Under the pieces are notes generated by a model. It had not been told where the DNA came from. It saw nothing but the letters and a program-made list of their open reading frames with translations, and ran no database searches. DNA of 64,000 nucleotides from Takakia lepidozioides. Taxonomy: Eukaryota; Plantae; Bryophyta. The stretch lies in the NCBI GenBank assembly GCA_030704615.1, contig CM060733.1, forward strand, positions 62,868,001-62,932,000, read 5' to 3'. Made by a program: the position numbers and the translations under genes. Positions 52,805-62,761 of this stretch are shown piece after piece (the first letter of the stretch is position 1; each line of letters begins with the position of its first letter).

Positions 52805-54545
52805 GGAAATACGGCGCCGCATTTCCGTATTGCATCTTGGTCATGCAACAGAGCGACGGAAATGCGGCACCGAGTTTCCGTCCGGGGGAAACCTTTATAC
52901 TCTCCAGAACGGAAATGCGGTAACGCATTTCCATCCAGCAAGCACGGTATGTGAAGGTGGAACGGAAATGCGGTACCGCATTTCCGTTCTGATTGAGATT
53001 TATGAACAACGGGAACAGAAATGCGGCACCGCATTTCCGTCCGAGTCGCACTTTTCGACATTCCAGAACGGAAATGCGGCGCCGCATTTCCATTTTGTAT
53101 CTGATGCATGGAGCTGAGGGATAGAAATGCTGCAGCACATTTCCGTCCTTAAAAGACATTCATACTCTCGAGAACGGAAATGCGGTACCGCATTTTCATT
53201 CAACAAGCACGGTATGTGAAGGTGGAACGGAAATGCGGTACCGCATTTCCGTTCTGATTGAGAATTATGAACACGGGAACAGAAATGCGGCACCGCATTT
53301 CCGTCAAAGTCGCACTTTTCGACATTCCATAAAGGAAATGCGGCGCCGCATTTCCATTTTGTATCTGATGCCTGGAGCCGAGTAAGATTCCGACAGCTTC
53401 ATACAGCGCAATTCCGACCGGTTGAGACATTCACACTATCCAGAACGGAAATGCGGCACCGCATTTCCGTTCTGACTGAAAATCGTGAACTATCTGAACT
53501 GAAATGCGGCACCGTATTTCCATCCGAGTCGCACCTACCATCATTCCAGAACGGAAATGCGGCACCGCATTTCCGTTCTGACTGAAAATCGTGAACCATC
53601 GGAACTGAAATGCGGCAACGTATTTCCATCCGAGTCGCACCTACCATCATTCCAGAACGGAAATGCGGCACCGCATTTCCGTTCTGACTGAAAATCGTGA
53701 ACCATCGGAACTGAAATGCGGCAGCGCATTTCATCCGAGTCGCACCTCCCAACATTCCAGAACGGAATGTATTAGATTTAAAAGGGAAATGCGGCACCGC
53801 ATTTCCGTTCTGATGAAATATCCTGAAACATCGGAATTGAAATGCGGTACCGCATTTCCGTCGGAGTCCCACCATCCGACATTCCAAAACGGAAATGCGG
53901 CACCGCATTTCCGTTTTGTATGTGAGGCATGGAGTTGTGGAACGAAAATGCGGGAAGGCATTTCCGCCAGCGTCAGACGTTAATACTCTACAGAACGGAA
54001 ATGCGGTACCGCATTTCCATTCTGACTGAAAATCGTGCGCAACGGGTACAGAAATGCGGCACCGCATTTCCGTTCGAGTCGCACCTTCCGACATTCTCGA
54101 ACGGAAATGCGGCGCCGCATTTCCGTTTTGTATATTCGGCCTGGAGCTGTGCTACGAAATGTGTTGCCGCATTTCCATCCATGTGAGACCTTCAACCTTT
54201 CCAGACCGGAAATGCGACACCGCATTTCTGTCCAGATGAGACCTCTATACTTTCCGAACGGAAATGTGGCACGGCATTTCCATTCATCAACTAACGTATG
54301 TGAAGTGGGAACGGAAATGCGGCGCCGCATTTCCCTTCTGAATCTCATACATGGAGCTGTGGGACGGAAATGCGGCACCGTATTTCCGTTCAACAACTAA
54401 GGTATGTGAAGGTGGAACGGAAATGCGGTGCCGCATTTTCTTCCAACAAGTACGGATGTGTAGCAGAGTGATCGTACTTAACGGAAATGCGGCGCCGCAT
54501 TCGCATTCTCGCTCCAACTCATCAGACGCTGGGACGGAAATGCCT
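52805..54545. repeat. Array of ~31 palindromes GGAAATGCGG-NN-CCGCATTTCC at a 53-bp period with variable 31-bp spacers
   Basis: Starts at 52805, 52858, 52911, 52964, 53017, 53070, 53123, 53176, 53229... and 53447, 53500, 53553, 53606, 53659, 53712, then 53785...54419. Confidence 0.95.
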
Positions 54546-55144
54546 TGAAATGTGAACACGTGGAGCAACGGAATTGCTGCACATGTCGGCACTCTATCTG
54601 ACTGAAGGGGCATGAGGCGGCGCGGCCTGACCGTTGGATAATGATGTTTGATTTTCGGACGGCGGGCGTACCCTCAACGATTCGAATTTCGTAATTACGC
54701 AAACTCCACGAGGAGCACACTTTCGCGTCCACCTTTCGAACCCAATTGGTGCATCAATCACCGCCGTTTCCAATCTACTTTTGTCGTGTCCCTTCAGTCC
54801 ACCCGCTCGCGCCCTTTCCATCTGCACTCTTTGCCCTTTTCCCTCTCTCTGTTCTTCTTATGCTCGAACCTAGAGGGGCGGAGTTCGTCACCAGACAGGA
54901 TACCTCGTCGCAAAGCTCCTGAAATTATACTTCTGACGTAGGCCAATGCGAAGGGGATGAAGCAGATGCCTTCTACAGGAGGAGATTGCCATCTCCAGCA
55001 GCAGGCCACTCAGGCAACCCAGCCACCAGTGATAGCTCCATGCGATCGGGCTGCGCGCAGCTGATCGAGCACGCGACCCCCCATTTGCTTCTAGTAATTC
55101 TTTTAGACCTGAATGCTAGAGACCTTGAATGCAGAACAGTTTGC

Positions 55145-58100
55145 ATGCCTAACAGGAAAGGTGGACGTGCTTGGAGGGATCGCGAATCCGAAGAGCCGCA
55201 GGAAGAGTCCGAGGAGCTAGCTGCAGCACGTACACACCCACCGATCCCGAGCGCGGGTACTCCTGCCGGGCCTAGCCCTCTGCGATTCAAAGACGCGTCT
55301 TCGAAGGGCATTCAAAGTCTCAGAGATCGACTCTCGCTTTCTTCGATCATGGAGAATCGCCAGCAGGGGTCGGGCCCTTCTCCCAGCAAAGTCGAAGAAG
55401 AAGCAGAGCCCGTCCCTCTACTGGCTTCTGAACCGGCTCAGGCCGATTCACCCCCCCCAACGCGAATGAGCAGCAGGGTAGAAGACAGATTCTATTGCAG
55501 CAGACACTTCACACCTGCAAGGATGAGGAAGTAGAGGGCATCAGGGCGACGGGCGAACAATCTCCCGCAAAACCAACTTCCGAGCTGAAGCTCAGTTTCC
55601 TGGAGGATTTCCCGCTACAGATGTTGGGGCCGACTCTGCTGCAGCGAAGGCAATGGGATCGACCGTTGATCTCGATTTTGTACCGGAGGAGGGTGCTGCC
55701 GCTGAACGTTCGCAGGCAGACCTCACCACCGATGAGCTAGCAGGCCCGGAGGAGGCCTCTGCAGTGGCAGAATTGCCCGCACACAGGCCCCAGAGTGCAG
55801 CTCCAGTTGAGGATGCTCCACCTGCTCAGCCACTACCGGCACCTACAGACATGTCTCCGGAGGATTTCAAAAGTGCAGCGGATAAAATGTTGGAGGAGAC
55901 ACACAGTAGCATTGGCAGAGTTTCTGGGCAGCAGGGTATTCCAGCGGACTCTTCGAATCCCACTCTGTCGCATGGTCTCCCTTCCCATCGTCAGGCAGGC
56001 CCTTCCCGGAGATGTGGATAAGCTCAAGTTCGCATTTCGAGAAGGGTACCGTCTGGGATCGGCAGCGTTTTACGTTTCCATAGAGAATGAGGACGGCGAA
56101 ACCCGTGGACCCACTGCCGATGAATTGTCAACGTGGGATACCCACTGGCACACTCGCAACCACGAATTCGAGGCGACGCTGAAGGGTGATCCCGACTTCG
56201 GCCATATGTCGGGAAAAATGTTCTTTGTGTGGGACGGGAATCACCGACTTCTCGCGGTGGGAGTACATCAAGCAGAACCATGCCAAGCACATTGGCTGGC
56301 ATTACATGGTGAGTGTGTCATCCTGAAGGTGAAGGCGGCAGACTCCTCCCTCCTCAAGAATGCCATGGCGGACCTCAACTCGTAAGATACTCATACCCTC
56401 CCTAGCACATTCGAAATGCGGTGCCGCATTTCGGTTTCCATTCTGGTTTGATTCCGTGCTTCCGTGTACTGAACTGGAGAGTGTGCCTTGCAGGGTCACT
56501 GAGAATGCGTACGTGCATACCCACATGGCACATATGCTGTACAGGGTGAGGAAAACTGGTCTTACTGATCCGCAGATGTTTGCGGAAATGCTGGAGCCGG
56601 AGCTCATTCAGAAAGCCGTTGCAAAAACAGACCGGACATGGTAATCGTCTCACTATGGATGGAATGGTGGAGGTGATATACGAAGTAAGAAGTCGTGCTC
56701 CAATTTCCCTCTGCTCATCCTTCCCCAATTTCCAGTAATGTTTCCACATGAATCGAATGTAACGCTTCTGCATGTTTTGTTGGCAGTCAAACATCAAGCT
56801 GGATTTGGCCCATGCCAAACGCTTCTTCATGGAAAGTGAGGGGCAGGTCAAAACGTTGCAGTCATTGACTGAGCACTTGAAGGAAGCCGGTGTCAAGTCC
56901 AGAACCAAATACAAGTCAAAGCTTGTGAAGCTGGTGGCAATTGCAGATCCGGCACTTGGAAAGGACTTCATCCCCGAGATTGCAAAACACTATTCTCGGG
57001 CCATGCAGCCGACCATGCAATTGGAGAAACTGCATCACCTCTCAACGGCATGTGTGGAGGCGAAAGAGAAGGTGAGGTTTCAATGCACTGAATTTCCTTC
57101 CTAGCAATAGCCACTCTCTTCCAGCCACTGACATTGGATCGGAATGGCAGACACGGTGGCTGTCGATCTGGAATGCATCCGAGAGCATAAGGACAATGTG
57201 GTCTTTTTCCACTGGAAGTTTTCCGACCCTTGCAGTGGATGTGTGGCTCAACCGTATGACTTGGTGGTTCCAGGTAATTCAAGGTACTTCCCCAGATTTG
57301 CTTTTCTGACATGAATTCCCTGAACTGCTACGTGACAATGCATTTGGGAATGGCAGGTAATGTCGAATGCAAAGGAGCAAGTCGTAATGCACACAAATTC
57401 GTTCGGCTTGTACGTCAAATGGGATGGAACACAGACATTGGAAGACTACGTGACACGTTTCAGATGTGCGTACAAGGACAACCAACCTTTTCGCCAGAGA
57501 GCCTACAGACAGCAAGAAGGCGTGGAGTTTACACATCAGGAGGGAGCGGGGAAAGCTGCAATGCGAATTGTTTACAGGTGAAGCACAGCTGCCCTTGTAT
57601 GCGAAGCCTGGTTACGAGGTTTGTCTCGGAAATGCGGCACCGCATTCGCATTTTTATGTTTTTCGGTGGCACTCTGCCAGTAGGTTGGTCTCAAGTTTTG
57701 CTCACGCATGCTGACTGCCTTGCAGGTATATGAAATACGTGCTCCTTCAGACAGGGGCCCTGGCTCAAGAGCCCCCGTTCTTCATGGCTTGGACCGTGGC
57801 GGGCCCAAGCTGTGTCTACACACCCGAGATGCAGAAACAATGGCATCCCGCGCATCTCGTTGGATGCCCGTGGTACCTGGACATGTCTGGCGGTATTGTT
57901 GACGAGTCTGAGAAAGATCTGCACGCCTTGGCAGAAGAAAGAGAAAGGAAAGACGTGTCCCTTGCTGGGCCAAAGTCGGCAAAGGAATCTGCTGCTCTGG
58001 AAGAATCCAGAAAGGCAGCTGAGATGGCACAAAAGACGGTGGATGCAGCTGTGCAGGCCCAATAGAAGGGGTCGAAGAAGAGGACTCGCCAGCAAGGAGC

Positions 58101-60073
58101 AGCTGTTGTGACACCCGCCAAAACGAAGAAGCAGAAACAGCCTGTTCAGGAAGAGGGTGAGGAAGAGGACTCCGATGGAGACTTTGCAACCAGCCCACCC
58201 CCCCAAACGCAGGCTGCCTCCCCTGTGCCCACCGTTGTCACGAGAGGCACGAGAACTGGCTCGGCAAAGAAGGCACTCTTCACCCCCCAGGGGGGCACCC
58301 TTTCGAGCCGGTGGAAATGAAGAGGCCGAAAGTGGCTCCCGAAACAGTAGTCCAGTGTGTAAATGAGAGTTTCTTGGCGGCTTTGGATGGACGGGCAGCC
58401 AAGTTGGCATACATGAAGACCATGGAGGGTCTGAAGGGCAGAGCACTGAAAAGGCGACTGCCGAAGAGCCTTCCGACACCCCAGGATTTCAGAATATGGT
58501 CTCGTTCTTTGAGAGGGTGTGTGCAGACAAGGATTGTAGGAGGGGCGGAAATGCCACCGAGTGGTCTTGCGATATGATCATCTTGGATATTCCGGACGGA
58601 GAGCCTGTGGAAGGACTGCAAGCTTTGCCATCTTGGAACAGGTACTCGGAGGACTTTTGAAGAAAGGATTCAGGCTTGCCCGCATGGTGTTGGACGACAG
58701 AGGCTGTGTGGTTGTCCTGGCGAGCAGAGGAAAAAACACTCAGACAGGAATTGCGAAGTGGACCCGCAAGAGCGCCGTCCCGATTCTGAAAAAGAAGTGG
58801 ACGTGCATCAACACACTGGGCCTTCGGTCGGAAGGGAAGAAGGTGATTACGACACTGGCACTCGTCCATTCATTTGCTTGGGTGCTTTCAAATGCGGTGC
58901 CGCATTCGGTTTCTAATCGTTTCCCCCTGTGTATGCAGACAAAGCAGTTCGATGCATACTGCTTTGTGAAGGAAAACTCCACCTTTGCTTTCCGGAAGGA
59001 GGGAGGAAAGGTTGACCCGAACTGCGACCCACTCGATTACGACGTTCTGTTCAACAACGTTCCCAAGGAACTTCTCCCTCAGCCTCACTTCACTTCAACG
59101 AACCCCTGCGGTACTCACGGACTCGGAGCCCTGCCTTCATTCAGACAATTATGGAGACATGCACAGACGTGGAGGGCACAGTGCTGGACCTCATCTGTGG
59201 GACAGGTATGCAGAATCTTGATCTCTGCTGTTCTGCAAATTCTCGTTAGGATGTAGTTCGCAACATCTGAAGCGCCATGTGGTAATGTGTGGATGGCATT
59301 GTAACAGGTGCCTCAATGTGGGCTGGTGGCCGACCGGCACCTCTTTGCCTACGAGGAGGATTCATCCGTGTGGGGATCCCATCTGGAGGGGCTGCAACGG
59401 AATGTGAAGGCTCCCGACAGAGCGGAAGTCTCCTCGGATTCGTCGGAGTCCGAGGAAGACACAGTGGACATTGATGCAGAGGAGAACCCGGAATACGAGT
59501 GAGTGCAAACATTGTAAGTTTGCAAAGCCTTCTGGGTCATTTATGTCAAAGGAATTTCCCGACTGTGGTTCTCATTAGTCTCGTTGATGATTGTCATGTG
59601 CAGGATTGCAGGGTCCGGGTCGAAACATGTAGGGCCTACACTTCCTGCCAGGAAGAATGTCCCGTTCTTTGCGAGGGCCGACTTCATGACGAGCCCGGTG
59701 AGGGACTACTCTCCCTTCCTAGTTATGCAGCTAAACTCGCAAATACAGCGATTAGAAGAAGTGAGAATCCCAGTAAAGTAGAGCAGATTTTGGAGAGGGC
59801 TAGGGAGGACAGAAGGATAAGGAAAGAGTTGGCAGCAGCTCAGACAGGTAGACGGGTACGAAAGTACATATGTGATTCAGCGGATGAGAGCGACGCAGAC
59901 AGGGAGGAGGACGACCCAACGGAGGTGAGATGGACAGTTCCGCAAGGGGAAGATGGGATTTTCGAAAGCCTGGCCAACGAGCAGTCCGCCGGAGATGAGA
60001 GAGGCACTGAGGGGTGGAGGAGGAGCAGGACAGTCTAGAACAGGATGAGGATTCCGATGATTTTCAAGATTAA
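55145..60073 (+). CDS. Multi-exon protein: disordered N-terminus, ParB/Srx-like domain, helical region, beta-class N4/N6 DNA methyltransferase-like domain, acidic tail (several 1-bp frameshifts)
   Basis: ParB-like 'VRQALPGDVDKLKFAFREGY...FFVWDGNHRLLA' (55990-56256). MTase motif IV-like 'DMIILDIPDG' (58571-58600), 'YSEDF/LKKGFRLARMVLDDRGCVVVL', motif X-I 'RSPAFIQTIMETCTDVEGTVLDLICGT|GASMWAG' (59124-59330) and motif II 'RHLFAYEED'. GT-AG introns include 58843-58938, 59206-59307 and 59499-59603. Start codon provisional. Confidence 0.75.
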
Positions 60074-60260
60074 TAGAATTTTAATGAAGTCTCTGTAAAT
60101 GTAAATTCTCTTCCAGAGTATATAAAGAAAATTCTGCCCGACATTCGTGACCCCTCTCCAGTGTGCATTCCAGCCACACAATCGCCCAAACCAGGACGCT
60201 CCCAAAATCAGAATGGGTCAGGGCATTTCCAAAATTTTGGCAACTCTAAGAACCTCTTTT

Positions 60261-61120
60261 GGAAATGCGGCAACCGCATTTCCAAAACAGGGGAGGGACT
60301 AATTTTTCCATTTCAATGTTGGCATAGTAAAAAGTAATCTGAATTGGGAATGCGGTGCCGCATTTCCAAAATTTCCTTTGTCCACACGCCAGTTTTGGCC
60401 TCTCCGCTCATTGCATGGATGCCACCACGCTTACAGAGGTCAAACAAGGAGGTCGAACAAGGAGGCCGACATGGCGGGATTGGAAATGCGGTGCCGCATT
60501 TCCATATTGGGGATGGTGGTTGTTCGAACTGCAGACCCATCAGCAAAAACTGGCACCGCATTCCATTGTAAAAAAAAAGTCGATGACGGACATGGAAATG
60601 CGGCGCCGCATTTCCAGAACGGACATCGCAATTTGTCAATTTGCAGACCCTCTCTCGGAAATGCGGTAACACATTCCATCGCGCTGGTCGGAAATAGGTG
60701 CACTTTTCGAAGTGTTGGACGGAAATGCGGCACCGCATTCCCTTGTCCAAAAAGAAGTTTCCATTGCCAAGCTGGAAATGCGTCGCCGCATTTGCAATGC
60801 CAACCTCGTTTTCTGATCAATTTATAGACCCGTGTTGGTATTTCGTGTACCTGGACGGAAATGATGCACCGCATTTTCTTGTCCCACATGGAAATGCGGC
60901 GCCGCATTTCGATGTCCGACATGGAAATGCGGTGCCGAATTTCGATGTCCGACATGGAAATGCGGTGCCGAATTTCGATGTCCGACATGGAAATGCGGTG
61001 CCGAATTTCGATGTCCGACATGGAAATGCGGTGCCGCATTTCGATGTCCGACATGGAAATGCTGTGCCGCATTTCGATGCGGACATGGAAATGCGGCGCC
61101 GCATTTCGATGCCGACATGG
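60261..61120. repeat. Second palindrome cluster, ending in seven tandem 33-bp units ACATGGAAATGCGGTGCCG(A/C)ATTTCGATGTCCG
   Basis: About 8 dispersed copies at 60261-60880, then a homogeneous tandem array at 60887-61120. Confidence 0.9.
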
Positions 61121-61339
61121 CGTTACTCTGGTATATTCTTGACACATGACTCACATACCGGTTACTCTGCTTTATTCAACCAGACAGACAAATTGTAGAA
61201 ATGAGACATCAAATTGTAAACAGTGGGCCAAATCCGAGAGTTATTCAACACAATGAAACACAGTCATACAGAAGTGAGGTACATTCCAGGGCACACTCCA
61301 GGGCACATTTAAATTTCCCCCCTACAGGATCCTGGACCG

Positions 61340-62298
61340 ATGAAGATTGGCTGCTGCATGAATGTAGCCGTTTCAGTTTCCTACCCTGCCATGCAAACTA
61401 TGGGCAGTCACTGCCAGGTGGGCCGATAGCCACTGGACACGACGAAGTCCATCCCCTCTTCGATGTAAATGCGGCGCCGAATTTCCATCCGGGGGGATGG
61501 ACTTCGGTGGCAGATCTCAAACTATAACTTGTTGATGAGAAAGATGTATGGCTTCATCCACCGCTGGCGTGATGAACACGTTCCACCTCCGTCGGTGGGT
61601 ACGTGTGACCCAGATGCTCCATTTTGGAGGCCGGACTGCTCTTCCGCTTCGTATCTTTTCCAAAATCTAAGGGCTTCGTAGCTGTCCGCAAGGTCATCGG
61701 CATCCAAGTCGTCCTCAGGTCCTCCTTTGCAAGGATGCCGTGCTTCCGGAACCGGGACGACTGCCCCTTTGGAGGCATCGATTATGCAATGTATTCGGCC
61801 ACATCGGGAGACATTGTTATCTGGTACACAGATTACACAGAAGATACTGGTTCGATTGTGGAAACATTGGTGGCTTTTGAGTATATCGTAGGCCACTACG
61901 CCTTCGAGCGGGGTGACGATCTTGGTTTGAGGAGTCCGTGGCTCCTGCGCATCCTCGATTCCGATTTTCCCAGCTACGACGGTCACCCATGCAGAAGAAG
62001 GCGCACTGCTATGCTGTTGCGGTGGAACTGCTGCCACTGGACGTGGGTGGACTCCATCGGAGAGACCTATTCTCCTCGAGGAGTGCGCTCCTCTTCTCCA
62101 TTGTATGGGGACATTCGCATTGGTGTGGACGACGAAAACGTGAAGATTTCCATATTCGATGGTGGTATGATTGAAGGGCAGGACATTGTGGTGAACATCA
62201 CTAGGGGCGGTACAACGGCTGCAATCGACTTTACATGGAGGAGCCCCAGGACTCATGAGCTAGTTCTGAGAGCAGTCGAAGTCCCATTGACAACGTGA
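61340..62298 (+). CDS. Third gene of the MULE, unknown function (probable intron 61418-61513)
   Basis: 224-codon plus-strand ORF 61624-62298 with globular-looking composition, upstream GT-AG intron, AATAAA at 62382. An overlapping minus ORF (61522-62256) makes the strand uncertain. Confidence 0.4.
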
Positions 62299-62708
62299 CT
62301 TGTATTCAGTAGGCACAGGGCTCAAGATTTGAGGGCACAATCAGCACAGTAGACGTGCTTCAAATGCAATTCATGTGGATCAATAAAAACCTCATTGTGC
62401 CCTCTTTTTATTCTATTCTGTGTCCATTGTTCCGAGAATGCGTCATTGCTCATTTCGTTTGGGATTGGGAGTGTGGGTGAATTTTGCAAATGGCTGGTAG
62501 GCTGAAATGGGCCCCCATTGTACAGAGCAGTACCACCCTACCATTCGCGAAACATTGCCTTTCAATATATAATTCTAAATAACATTGCCGAACCTCCTTC
62601 ATCGGGAGGTCCTTCTCCCCCTATGACCGTGGCACCCTAAACCCTATTCCCGCGGACACTCATTTCCGGAAAATAGTGCTGCTCATGTTTTTTTCCACAC
62701 TTACGACT

Positions 62709-62761
62709 CTGCTCATGGCTCATGCCGCTCATGGCTCATGGCTCATGAAATAACAGCCCCC
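62709..62761 (-). repeat. Right TIR and subterminal GCTCATG tandem motifs
   Basis: gctcatggctcatgccgctcatggctcatggctcatgaaataacagccccc. Confidence 0.85.

Larger units (their letters stand above)
47923..62761. mobile_element. Complete 14,839-bp Mutator-like element with GCM-SWIM transposase, ParB-methyltransferase gene, third ORF and palindrome arrays
   Basis: 8-bp TSD CCACTTGG (47915-47922, 62762-62769). Imperfect TIR GAGGTTTACTATTTCATGAGC / GGGGGCTGTTATTTCATGAGC with CATGAGC arrays. Excision restores the host frame IRGLMPSGPRRAIL. Confidence 0.92.

Noticed and set aside
52805-54545. CRISPR array (palindromic repeat with ~31-bp spacers)
   Set aside because: Spacers recur in families and higher-order blocks, repeats are degenerate and also dispersed in introns, there are no cas genes, and the context is a spliced eukaryotic transposon.
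52710-54613. Many overlapping ORFs with 'EMRCRIS / GNAAPHF / KCGAAF' peptides (also 60313-61198)
   Set aside because: They are translations of the palindromic repeat in all six frames, not proteins.
55145-60073. Bacterial or phage contamination as the source of the ParB-MTase
   Set aside because: The gene has GT-AG introns and lies inside a TSD-bounded element whose relative is embedded among plant genes.
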